NCBI RefSeq assembly: GCF_046119375.1
Contig: NW_027362762.1
Span: forward strand, 654,038,001-654,102,000
DNA from: Phyllobates terribilis
Lineage: Eukaryota
DNA length: 64,000 bases
Reading direction: 5' to 3'
This document shows, piece by piece, positions 21,664 to 39,809 of this stretch. Position numbers and translations under genes: made by a program. Under the pieces are notes generated by a model, which saw only the letters and a list, made by a program, of their open reading frames with translations, did no database searches and had not been told where the DNA came from. How positions within the stretch are numbered: position 1 is the first letter of the stretch; each line of letters begins with the position of its first letter.

Positions 21664-23894
21664 CCTGCTATAACATACTGAAAAATGTATGGCATGTCCA
21701 TAGAAAAATGTCATAAATACGTGATAGATGCAAATCTCACTCTTGGGATGTACACCTACCAGGTTAATAGTGACTCTGTGATCCCTATTTGCTAAGTACA
21801 TTTTCTCATAGAAGTTACCATAGAAAGATGGACAATAGACCTCTCCATTGAATGTTATAGGAATTTCCATAAGGAGGCATGGGACACTTATCAAGTGAGA
21901 CATTTAGAATTAGAATTCCCATGAAAGGAAAGACTTGGCAGTCTAGTGTGATAAAATAATAATAATTAATAACTAAATCACTGTTTTTTAGAGTAGTAAA
22001 AGGGTTATTGGAGGCATCTCTGTCTATGGTAGCAAAGGTGTAGGCTAGTGGATATTTCAAGTTAACATCTCTGAAAATGTAATCTGGTGTAGCAGTTAAT
22101 TATTAAATTATTGGCAACCTCTTAAAATGTTTTTTAATATATTCAATTTACTACAAAAGAATTATCAACTTTGTTGATGCTATATTTATTTTCTCTTTTA
22201 TACTCAATTATTCCTCCTCTGCACCTGTCTGAGAGTCTGTTTACTTAAAATTTTTATATAAATGTTATGTAAGTACACCCTTTTTCACTTGCACAGCACC
22301 CTGGAATTAAGGGTTCTTTATAAACAAATAATAATAAAAATTCATATTATTATTACTAGTAATATCAATAATATGCAGTTAATAATTTAAGTAGTTTTGC
22401 ATTAAGAACTTTGATTTCTATGACCCAAAAGTATAACCAACAATCAGGGGAAAAAATAAATCCAATATCGACAAAACAGAAGTTAATCCCTTCCAGGATA
22501 GGTCAGTGTGTCATCCTAACACCTTTTCAGTTCCATTTAAATCTCTGCTAATTTGCCAAGAAAGTATAGCCCCAGATGGTTCTTGTTATCTGAATCACGT
22601 CTGTTAATTTAACTTAGACACCCACAGAAGAGTTTTATTTCGAATTATATCTCTAACTTTCGTCTATATGAAAGTGGTATCCACCTCTGTTGGAGGCTTT
22701 TACTTTTCTCTATGATTCACCAATCTCCTTGAGAGAAATCAATGCAATAAATAATGCTACTTATTATAAGATGACTCTATAAATCCAGTAGTGCGTTAAT
22801 CAGGAGCTGAAAGTGACTGCTCAAAATCACTCATAAATTCTTTATTGTTCTCTAACTTAACTTAATTTTATCTAAATGCTGACTATGGTAAAAATCATTT
22901 TCATTATTTATTACATTGTTATTAAAGAGATGTTGATCATTTTAAGTAAGTTTAGACTCCAGGCCTATTTCCCAATAATTAGCCAGTGTAAATAGGCTGC
23001 TAATGTGGGAGCAAATCTTAAGCAAAACTCATTGCTCTCGGCAGCACATCGCACTGTTTAAATAGGACATCTGTTGCAAAGAAAAATGGCAATAAAATTA
23101 GCACAGATTTGTTCTTTCAAGAGGAATGAAAAAATATATTCCAATGAGTTAAGTACATGGCTACAGCAAAAAATGGGACCTAAAACTTAACATTTAATCT
23201 TATATTAAAATTAGTTGAACATATACAGACAAATCAAAATTAAAGACACATGAAACAAAATGACTGAACACCCTATTAGTATGGGGTATCACATCACTGA
23301 ACGAATGTATTGAGGGCTCACTCACTAAGACTGCACTTCCAAAGTTTAACTAAAACTGATCTGTGTGATAGGTCTGTAGCGGAATAAAACAGTCTTTGTC
23401 ACCAACTTCTACTCTACCAACATCAGTAACCCTTACATGCGATTGATATAAAAATAGGAAAGGTGTCATCCAATTCCTTAAAGTGTTGTCTGGCAGACAG
23501 TCTTTATGATAGGACACGGTAACACTGTTTATTTGCCATCCCTATTGTAAGGTATGAGGCCATATCATTTCTCCCAATTCTCCCAACACGTTTACTCCCT
23601 TAAATGGATTCTTCAGGGGAGTTTCTTTCAGAATTCTTGGTTCTTTTGTGGCAAAACAAGTGCAGCTCTGCCGCAATCGTGGTTTGAAGAGCTTCCTGCA
23701 GAGCAGCACTTGTTTTGCCATGTACAGAATGATTTATTACTAATCGTTCTGTGCTTGTTGGAAGTGGAGTCAGGCAGTCTGAACAGTATATTAATTGGCC
23801 GCTGATTGGTGGTTGTTTATCTGCTGCTATTGGCTGGTGTAAATCCACCTTTATACATTGTAGAACATTATCAGGACAAGAGCATTGTCTAGAC

Positions 23895-24512
23895 CAGACC
23901 TGGCCAAAGTGCGGCCTGCGGGCCATTTCCAGCCCTCTGGCTGTCCCAGCCCAGCCCATGGATCAAAACAGCCGAATTGCTGAAAACAGTGGCCCACAGG
24001 CCGCAGCATGCAGCCGCCCTCCCCTGACCGATGTCCTGATGTCACCATTATCTTCATCCTCAGGATGAAGATAGAGGTGAATACAATGGTGGAAGAGGGA
24101 GCCACCAGCCCCTTCTTCCACCATTCAGCGTAAGCGACTGAGACAGCAGACGCTATGACATCACTACATCACGTCTGCTGCGCAGAACATCAGTGCACAC
24201 AGCAAAGAACAGAGCGCTGGGGGAACGGGTGCGAAGTGAGTATGCCCTTTTCTATAAATATGTATGAATGTGTGTGTGATGTGTGTTTGCATATAGGAGG
24301 CTATGTTAAGGCTCATACTGTACATAGGGTGGCTATGTGGGGGCTCATACTGTGCATAAGGGGCAATGTGGGGGCATATACTGTATGTAGGGGGCTATGT
24401 GGGGCTCATACTGTAAATGGAGGCTATATGAAGGCTCATACTGTATAGAGGTGGACTATGTGGGGTTTCATACTGTATATAGGGGTGTCTGCATTGTGTG
24501 ATATTGTATATA
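23895..24512 (+). mobile_element. Left part of a non-autonomous hAT-like element; its minisatellite resumes at 55004
   Basis: Begins CAGACCTGGCCAAAGTGCGGCCTGCGGGCC (hAT-like terminus) and runs into GGGGCTCATACTGTATATA repeats cut at a TA by the Tc1 at 24513. No right terminus was found. Confidence 0.55.
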
Positions 24513-25254
24513 CAGTTGAAACCAGAAGTTTACATACAGTGGTGGCCAAAAGTATTGGCACCCCTGCAATTCTGTCAGATAATACTCAGTTTCTTCCTGA
24601 AAATGATTGCAATCACAAATTCTTTGGTATTATTATCTTCATTTAATTTGTCTTCAATGAAAAAACACAAAAAGAATTGTCCTAAAGCCAAATTGGATAT
24701 AATTCCACACCAAACCTAAAAAAGGGGGTGGAAAAACGTATTGGCACTGTTTGAAAAATCATGTGATGCTTCTCTAATTCGTGTAATTAACAGCACCTGT
24801 AACTTACCTGTGGCACCTAACAGGTGTTGGCAATAACTAAATCACACTTGCAGCCAGTTAACATGGATTAAAGTTGACTCAACCTCTGTCCTGTGTCCTT
24901 GTGTGCACCACATTGAGCATGGAGAAAAGAAAGAAGACCAAAGAACTGTCTGAAGACTTGAGAAACCAAATTGTGAGGAAGCATGAGCAATCTCAAGGCT
25001 ACAAGTCCATCTCCAAAGACCTGAATGTTCCTGTGTCTTCCGTGCGCAGTGTCATCAAGAAGTTTAAAGCACATGGCACTGTGGCTAACCTCCCTAGATG
25101 TGGACGGAAAAGAAAAATTGACGAGAGATTTCAACGCAAGATTGTGCGGATGGTGGAAAAAAAACCTCGACTAACATCCAAACAAGTTCAAGCTGCCCTG
25201 CAGTCCGAGGGTACAACAGTGTCAACCCGTACTATCCGTTGGCGTCTGAATTAA

Positions 25255-30627
<5,373 letters not shown>

Positions 30628-33600
30628 ACAATGACCCAAAACACAATTCCAAAAGCACTATAAAATGGTTTGAGAGAAAGCACTGGAGACTTCTAAGGTG
30701 GCCAGCAATGAGTCCAGACCTGAATCCCATAGAACACCTGTGGAGAGATCTCAAAATGGCAGTTTGGAGAAGGCACCCTTCAAATATCAGGGACCTGGAG
30801 CAGTTTGCCAAAGAAGAATGGTCTACAATTCCAGCAGAGCATTGTAAGATACTCATTGATGGTTACCGGAAGTGGTTGTTCACAGTTATTTTGGCTAAAG
30901 GTTGTGCAACCAAGTATTATGCTGAGGGTGCCAATACTTTTGTCTGGCCCATTTTTGGAGTTTTGTGTGAAATGATCCATAATTTGATTTTTGCTTCATT
31001 CTCTTTTGTGTTTTTTCCTTGCAAGCAAATTAAATGAAGATAATAATACCAAAGAATTTGTGATTGCAATCATTTTCAGGAAGAAACTGGGTATTATCTG
31101 ACACAATTGCAGGGGTGCCAATACTTTTGACTACCACTGTACACTATATAAAAAGACACATATGCATGTTTTACTCAATATCTGACATGTAATCAGAATA
31201 AACCTTTCCCATTTTTAGGTCCATTAGGATTATCATAATTTTTAATATTTGCCAAATGCCAGAATAATGAGAGAGAGAGAGAGAATGTTTTAATGCACTT
31301 TTATTACTTACTGCAAAGTCAAAAGTTTACATACATCAAGATTACTATTATTATTATTAATTTTTATAGCGCCATTGATTCCATGGCGCTGTACATAAGA
31401 AGAGGTTACATACCAAATACAGATATCACTTACAGTAAACAAACTAACAATGATCGAACGGTCTTGCGGGCTTACATTCTACAGGAATGGGGGATGAGAA
31501 CAGTAGGTTGAAGGGTTGCAGTAGCTCCGGTGTTGTTAAGGTGGCAGCAAGCAAGGTCATGGCAGGCTGTAAGATTGTTTGAAGAGATGGGTTTTCAGGT
31601 TCCGTCTGAAAGATCCAGGTGTGGTGGATAATCGGACATGTTGAGGCACAGAATTCCATAGGACGGGGGATATTAGGGAGAAAACTTGGAGGCGATTGCG
31701 TGAGGAACGAATAAGTGTGGAGGAGAGAAGGAGGTCTTGGGAGGACCACAGGTTACGTGAGGGAATATATTGGGAGATTAGTTCAGAGATGTATGGAGGA
31801 GAAAGGTTATGGATGGCTTTGTAGGTCAGTGTTAGTAGTTTGAACTGGATACGCTGGGGAAATGAGAGCCAGTGAAGGGATTTGCAAAGGGGGGTAGCAG
31901 AGGAGTAGCGAGGTGAGAGATGAACAAGTTGTGCAGCAGAGTTGAGGATGGACTGGAGGGGTGCAAGAGTGTTAGCAGGTAGGCCACAGAGGAGGATGTT
32001 GCAGTAGCCAAGGCGGGAGATGATGAGGGCATGCACAAGCAGTTTAGTAGATTGAGGGTTGAGGAAAGGAGGGATTCTGGAAATATTTTTGAGCTGGAGG
32101 CGACAGGAGGTGGCGAGAGCTTGGATGTGGGGTTTGAAGGTCAGTGCAGAGTCAAGGGTTACTCCAAGGCAGCGGATTGTTGGTAGAGTGGAAAGGGTGA
32201 TGTCATTTATTGTGATAGAAAGATCAGGTGGAAAAGATATGCGAGATGGGGGAAAGATAATGAGTTCAGTTTTGTCCACATTGAGCTTGAGGTAGCGAAA
32301 GGAGAAGGAGTATAAGGCTGCTAGACATGCTGGGATTCTGGAGAGCAGAGATGTGAGAGGTAGATCTGGGTGTCATCAGCGTACATATGGTACTGGAAGC
32401 CATGGGATTTTATGAGCTGTCCCAGGCCAAGGGTATAGATTGAGAAGAGTAAGGGTCCTAGGACAGAGCCTTGAGGGACTCCAACAGAGAGGGGGCGGGG
32501 TGAGGAGGTAGTGTGGGAGTGGGAGATGCTAAATGTGCAGTTAGAACGGTATGAGGAGATCCAAGATAGGGCAAGGTCTTTGATGCCAAAGGAAGAGAGC
32601 ATCTGTAGTAGGAGGCAGTGGTCAAATGTCTCGAAAGAAGAGGACAGGTCAAGAAGAAAAAGTACAGAGAATTGTCTGTTAGCTTTGGCTGTAAGTCATT
32701 GGTGATTTTGGTAAGGGCAGTTTCGGTGGAATGGTGGGGGCGGAAGCCAGATTGTCGGTTGTCGAAGAGAGAGTTAGATGAAAAGTGGGGGGAAAATTCA
32801 GTGTGAACGTGTTGCTCAAGGAGTTTGGAGGCAAATGGGAGCAGCGATATGGGGTGATAGCTGGACAAGGCAGTTTGGTCGAGGGATGGCTTTTTGAAGA
32901 TGGGCGTGATTGTGGCATGTTTGAAGGCAGCCGGGAAAGTACCAGAAGATAGTGATAGGTTGAAGAGATAGGTTAGGGATGGGATGAGTGTGGGAGTGAG
33001 GTTGGGGAGGAGGTGAGATGGGATGGGGTCGAGTGCACATGTTGTGAGGTGTGATTTGGAGAGGAGACGAGTAAGGTCTCTTTCCGTGATGTTGGGAAGA
33101 GAGGTTATGGGGGTAGGGAAATGATGTGGAAAACAAAGGGGTTGTGGTAGTCGGAGAGTAAAGACTTGCCGTGTTTGGTCAATCTTATTTTTGAAGCGTG
33201 TGGCAAACTCCTCAGCAGAGATGACGGAGATCGAAGGTGGCAGTGGAGGGCGGAAGAGAGAGTTAAAAGTGTTGAATAGCTGTTTGGGGTTGTAGGATAG
33301 GGAGAATATGAGGGTTATGAAGTAGGCTTGTTTAGCAGAGGTGAGTTATGATTTGAATGCGAGTGTTGCTTGTTTGAATGCAGTGAAGTCATCTTGAGTA
33401 TGTGTTTTCTTCCAACGCCGCTGTTATGATCTGCAACAAGTACTAAGGAAAGAAAGGGGAAAGCTATCCCTACAATAAGACTAAGCTGAATCCCTACGAT
33501 GTGGCGGGCTGCCTGTTCCTTGCAAACAGACCCGCCTTAGTCCTCGGCTAGTCTGAACGAAGACCTATAGCATAAAGGAAGGGGTCCCTAAAAGAACTAA

Positions 33601-35229
33601 GGACTGGAACAAAAATGGGACGCCTCCTGAACAAAGAAGGTTGTTGCAGAACACAAAAAGATAAACTGACAAAAAGGTACTGGAGGTCCCAGAAGGACCA
33701 AGCAAACTGACAGAGATAGGCACAGAAGCACCTGGCTAGCAAAACAGTCAAACAACACTGAATTCCAGCACGGCCAAAAGGGCGGAGCTGGAATATATAG
33801 GCAGATGGTCACGTGACCGCAAAACACAAGATGGAAAAAACAAACAGGAGGGTTTTAACTGTACCCCCTCTTTTATGAGGATCCTCCGGATCCTCCAGGC
33901 CTATCCAGAAACCTCTTGTGGAAAGCTCTAACAAGCCTAGGAGCAGAGACGTCATCCGCCCTTACCCAGGAGTTATCTTCGGGACCGAAACCCGTCCAGG
34001 AGACGAGATACTGTAATCTCCTTCTATGCCATCTAGAATTCAAGATACGAGAAATTTCATATTCGCCGTCTTCCACCACAGGAGGAACTGAGACAGTGGC
34101 ATCCCTAGGAAACATGAAACACAGGATTAATCTTCCAGGAAGTAGCGACATCCAACCTAACCGCAGACAGGTTAACAACCTGAAGCACTTTAAATGGACC
34201 CCCAAACTTAGGACCCAGTTTTTTAGAGGGAATCTTCAACTTGAGGACAACCAATCTTCGACTTGAGGACAACCAAACCATGTCACCCACAGTAAACAAA
34301 ACCTCCTTACATTTCCTGTCAAAATACTTCTTTGACTTCTTGTTAGCCTCTTGAAGGTTTCAACGTACATTAGTCCAAACTCTCTCCAAATCGCCGGAAA
34401 AATTCTCCTGCTCCGGCACCTCCAATTTGGAGAACAAACCAAAAGACGGATGTCTCTCAGTACAACAAAAAAAAGGAGAACACCCAGCTGAGGAGGATGT
34501 ATGATTGTTAAGAGCAAATTCTGCGAGAGGCAGAAACTCAGACCACACCTCTTGATTGTCCGCCACAAAACAACGCAAAAACTGTTCTACATCCTGGTTC
34601 TTTCTTTCTGTCTGTCCATTAGACTCAGGATGATACCCAGACAAAAATGACAAATGAACTCCCAACCTGTCACAAAAAGCACGCCAAAAGCGAGCCACAA
34701 ACTAAGGTCCTCTATCAGAAACAATATCCGAAGGAACGCCATGAAGCTTGACAATCTCCTTAACAAACTCCTTATTGAATGTCTTGGCGCAGGGCAACTT
34801 AATGAATGGAACCAAGTGACACATCTTACTAAAACGGTCCACGACCACCCAGATGACAGTAAAACCCTCGGACACAGGCAGATCAGTAACAAAATCTATT
34901 GTGAGATGCGTGCAAGGCGCACTAGGAACCTCACGAGGGCAAAGCAACCCCGCAGCAGGAGTATGTGAGGCCTTTGACCTAGCACACACACTACATTGAC
35001 GCACCCACTTGATGACTTCTCTGTGCCATCTAGGCCACCAAAAACTGCGACTGATAAATCTCTTAGTCTCAGAAATTCCTGGATGACCTGCCAGCCGAGA
35101 CTCATGACACTCCACAAACAAATCTCTCCTAAAGGTTCTAGGCACGAACAACCTCCCATGGGGAGTGTTAGATGGAGCATCATCTTGAGCTTTCAGAATC
35201 TCATTCTCCAAAACGGAGTCCAATGCCGC

Positions 35230-36521
35230 TGACGCGCCCCCTGGGCCAGTGCTGTAGTGCGGCGCACGTATGCGCGGGGGGGGGGGATACCCGGAGCCGG
35301 ATCCGATGGGGGTAGTAGTCTCCGAGTGGCGGGGACCCGGTCCGTGCCCAGGGTGGTCAAACTAAGTGTGTGGCAGTCTTTGTAGATGTTGTTTAAGTGT
35401 CGACTACGCCACCCGTTGATTTGCGGTCGCAAGGCCGCCGCTGCAGAACAGTCCGCTGAGGCCGGTGGTATGTGTGCAGCAATGGTGGTATAACCCCCAA
35501 CGGGAGAGGTATGGCCTCAGGGCAGCTGGTGCGGGTGAAGGGAGTGATAGAAAGGGCGTCCCGGTACCTTTAGTGCTGGTAGTACGATGGAACACAGAGA
35601 CTGATGGCAGTTTTCAATGCTTTACTCACAGATGTTATCAGTGTCAGTCCTGCAGGTGATGACGACCCGAGCCGTGCTGCGTCCACCAGGTACGGGGCTC
35701 GACCAACCCCCAGGCAGTTCCAGAGTGTGACCTTGAACTCCTTTCTCCGTTCCTTTCTCTGGCCGTCCCCACTAGGGACCCACCCATGTCCAGCTTCCTC
35801 GGGCCTTCTGGTGGCGAAACCTATCTCCGGTTTCCCTGACCCTATGTGGCGTGCCTTCGTGGTGAGTGTAGTGAGTGGTCGCGCCAAGACGTGGCCACGA
35901 CCTCCGGTTCCTGGCTGAGGATAAGTGGCCTCCACCAGTTCGGGATCTGGTACCCTGATCTGCCAACTCTTCACCCGTTTTAGCTCACTCGTGGGATCTC
36001 AGGGTTCCCTCTTCCTTCATGTCTCTGGGCCTTTCTCCAGGTTCCATTCCTTCCTTGTTCCTTGTTCCTTTCCTCTTGTCTTTCTCTCTCTTGCTCCCTT
36101 CAGGAGCAGCACCCAGACAGGGCTGCTGCTCCCTGTCACTACTCTTCTCCTCTTCTTCTGTCTGACTGAACTTCCTCTCTCCTAAGATGGTGCCCACCTT
36201 TTTATACTCCCTCTGACACCCGAGCCCAGGTGACTAGCCACCAATGGGCTCCTTCCTATGCCCAGAGTCCCTCCCCTCTCTGCTCCTGCACCACTGGGAT
36301 ATTCCTCCCCCCCTCCCACTCCAGCCAGGGACAGACGCTGTCGTACCTGCACATTTATCTGGTGGGAGTACCGTTGATCTGTCCCCCGGAAATGGGATGT
36401 ATGTGGTGCATGCAGCTAACTGAGTTCTAGTCCACACTCCATCCTTACCCGGGAGTGGAATACCACACCTCTGGTTCGAGGTGCAATACCCCTGTAGCAG
36501 CCGAGCCCTCGGGGTGCTACG
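35230..36521 (-). mobile_element. Solo LTR (family B, about 1.29 kb) inside G2 pol
   Basis: TGACGCGCCCC...GGGGTGCTAC(G). The TSD is CCGC (4 bp) or GCCGC (5 bp). G2 pol is continuous across it. Confidence 0.9.
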
Positions 36522-38324
36522 CCGCCACCACAACTCCTTTCTGTAAAATGCTCTCCTTCTCCTCAGCACCGACTGTAGGAGAAAAGCTGCGAGATAAAGC
36601 ATCGGCTTTAACATTCTTAGTACCAGGGATATAGGTAACAGAAAAATGAAACCAAGAAAAAAAAAGTGCCCACCTAGCTTGATGGGCATTCAAGCGCTTG
36701 GCAGCACCCAGATAGATCAAATTCTTATTATCTGTGAAAACCTGAATAGGAAATCTAGCGCCTTCCAAATAATGACGCCAATGTTCAAACGCAAGTTTAA
36801 TAGCCAGCAACTCCCGATTTCCAACATCATAATTCAGTTCGGTTTCCGAAATTTTTTTTCGAAAAGAAGGCACAAGGATGTACTCCATCCCTGTTGTCCT
36901 GAGACAAAACTGCTCCGACCCCCACCGATGAAGCATCAACCTCGACCAGAAAAGGCTTGGTCTCATCAGGCTGCATAAGGATAGGGGCAGAACTGAACCT
37001 CTCTTTGAGATACTTAAACGCTTCAGTGGCCTCAGTAGTCCACTGGACCGTATTCGCACCTTTCCTGGTGAGATCGGTCAGCGGCTTAACAATTACAGAA
37101 AAATTCTTAATGAATTTCCTGTAATAATTGGCAAAACCCAAAAATCTCTGTATAGATTTCAAACCAATAGGCCTAGGCCATTCCTGCACAGCCTGAACCT
37201 TCACCGGGTCCATCTCAAAGCCCTCGCTGGAGACAATGTAGCCCAAAAAACTAATTTTCTGCACAGCAAACTCACATTTCTCTAGCTTAGCAAAGAGTGA
37301 ATTATCACTCAATAACTGCAAAACTTCACGTACACTCTGCCAATGGGACTCCAGATCTGGCGAATGAACCAAAATGTCATCTAAATAAACAACCACATTC
37401 TTACCAATAGAGATGAGCGTTGTTCTACTCGAACTGTTTGCCAATCTCAAATTCGAGCTGTTTTGGGCGGTGTTCGAGCCGTTCGGCGAACACGAACAAT
37501 TTGAGAAAAATTCGGCTGTTCGAGGTTATGTTCGATAACTGTTCGTGCACCAAAATCATAACTGGATTTTTTCTCAGTAATGATGAAAATTAATGTTAAT
37601 ACGCAGTTTGAGTGTACAGCGGGGTGGGGGGAGGGGCAGGGGATGGATCTCTGCAGGAACAATGAAGATCTCCATTTTTTTTTTCTCTTTCCCGCATTTA
37701 CAGTGGGGAGGTGCAATCTGTCAGCCTATCAGCAGCGCACACACGGAGCGAAGTGCTTTTTTTCACACAAGCAAGGGCATGTGTCATTGGCAGTGTATGT
37801 CACATGTCCTTGCCCTATAAGACCAAGCCATTTTCCCCGTCGCCACCATTTTCTCACTGCTGCAGCTGCGTGTTAGACGGCACCGCTGTTGCTGTGTGCG
37901 CTATACCTTGTTAATTTCAAGCCAATTTTCGCACAAATCTACAGATAGCTTGGGAGTAGGGAATAGTTGTGATTGCAGTCCTTTTAAGGACTAGGTTACA
38001 GCATTTCCTACGACTTTTATCAGGCAGGTCTGTGCTCTTAAATAGATAGATTGTGGGAGTAAAGACTAATTGTAATTGGAGTCCTTTTCAGGACTAGGTT
38101 ACATCAGTTCCAATCAGTTTTTGCCAGGCAGGTCTGTGCCAGTGCTGTGCAAGTTTTTTTCACAGCATTTGGCTGAATCTAGCAAAGCTAATCCTTTTTG
38201 GCCTATTGCAGAGTGTGTTAGTCAGTGGAGTAGCCTATCTGTGTTGCAAGATATACCACCTGTGTATAGAATACCAATTTTTTTACTGCACCTAGTGAAG
38301 TAAAATCTTTTGGGCATAGCATCA

Positions 38325-39695
38325 TTCTATTAGTCCATCTATACTGACCTCCATCAGGTTGCAAATTGAATATAATTTTTTTTCTGCATCTAGCTCTGAA
38401 AAAATATTGGGCTTCTAGATGTGTGTGGGACTTGTTGTATTAGTCCATCTATACTGACCTCCATGAGGTTGCAAACTGCATATATTTTTTTCTTCATCTA
38501 CCTCTGAAAAAATATTGGGCTTCTAGCTGTGTGTGGGACTTGTTCTATTAATCCATCTATACAGACCTCCATCAGGTTGCAAACTGAATATATTTTTTTC
38601 TGCATCTACCTCTGAAAAAATATTGGGCTTCTAGCTGTGTGTGGGACTTGTTGTATTAGTCCATCTATATTGACCTCCATCAGGTTGCAAATTGAATATA
38701 ATTTTTTTCTGCATCTAGCTCTGAAAAAATATTGGGCTTCTAGCTGTGTGTGGGACTTGTTGTATTAGTCCATCTATACTGACCTCCATCAGGTTGCAAA
38801 CTGCATATATTTTTTTCTTCATCTACCTCTGAAAAAATATTGGGCTTCTAGCTGTGTGTGGGACTTGTTCTATTAATCCATCTATACAGACCTCCATCAG
38901 GTTGCAAACTGAATATATTTTTTTCTGCATCTACCTCTGAAAAAATATTGGGCTTCTAGCTGTGTGTGGGACTTGTTGTATTAGTCCATCTATACTGACC
39001 TCCATCAGGTTGCAAACTGAATATATTTTTTTCTGCATCTACCTCTGAAAAAATAGTGGGCTTCTAGCTGTGTGTGGGACTTGTTGTATTAGTCCATCTA
39101 TACTGACCTCCATCAGGTTGCAAACTGAATATATTTTTTTCTGCATCTACCTCTGAAAAAATATTGGGCTTCTAGCTGTGTGTGGGACTTGTTCTATTAA
39201 TCCATCTATACAGACCTCCATCAGGTTGCAAACTGAATATATTTTTTTCTGCATCTACCTCTGAAAAAATATTGGGCTTCTAGCTGTGTGTGGGACTTGT
39301 TGTATTAGTCCATCTATACTGACCTCCATCAGGTTGCAAACTGAATATATTTTTTTCTGCATCTACCTCTGAAAAAATATTGGGCTTCTAGCTGTGTGTG
39401 GGACTTGTTCTATTAATCCATCTATACAGACCTCCATCAGGTTGCAAACTGAATATATTATTTTCTGCATCTACCTCTGAAAAAATATTTGGCCTTCTAG
39501 CAGTGTGTGGGACTTTCTCTATTAGTCCATCTATACTGACCTCCATCAGGTTGCAAATTAAAAATAATTTTTATCTGCATCTAGCTCTGAAAAAATATTT
39601 GGCCTTCTAGCAGTGTGTGGGACTTTCTCTATTAGTCCATCTATACTGACCTCCATCAGGTTGCAAATTGAATATAATTTTTTTCTGCATCTAAC
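38325..39695 (+). repeat. 108-110-bp satellite, about 12.6 copies, inside the hAT 5' region
   Basis: Units at 38331, 38441, 38549, 38657, 38766, 38874, 38982, 39090, 39198, 39306, 39414, 39523 and 39633. Confidence 0.97.
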
Positions 39696-39809
39696 CCAGC
39701 CAATAGTTTTGGCCTAATACCACAGTTTGGCCACTCAGCTCTGCTCGGTTCCCATCCATTGTTTTTTTGTGCAAACAACTCCAGAGTTGTTAATTAGTTA
39801 ACCACCAAA

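Noticed and set aside
33417-36525. Identical GCCGC TSD for G2 and the solo LTR at 35230, suggesting a shared target sequence
   Set aside because: The solo LTR is equally explained by a 4-bp TSD (CCGC) with a terminal A>G change, matching the 4-bp TSD of its sister at 45844. The match is probably coincidental.
38325-39695. CRISPR-like array (also considered for 11018-12866 and 3197-3455)
   Set aside because: The units are whole tandem copies with no unique spacers, there are no cas genes, and the context is eukaryotic.
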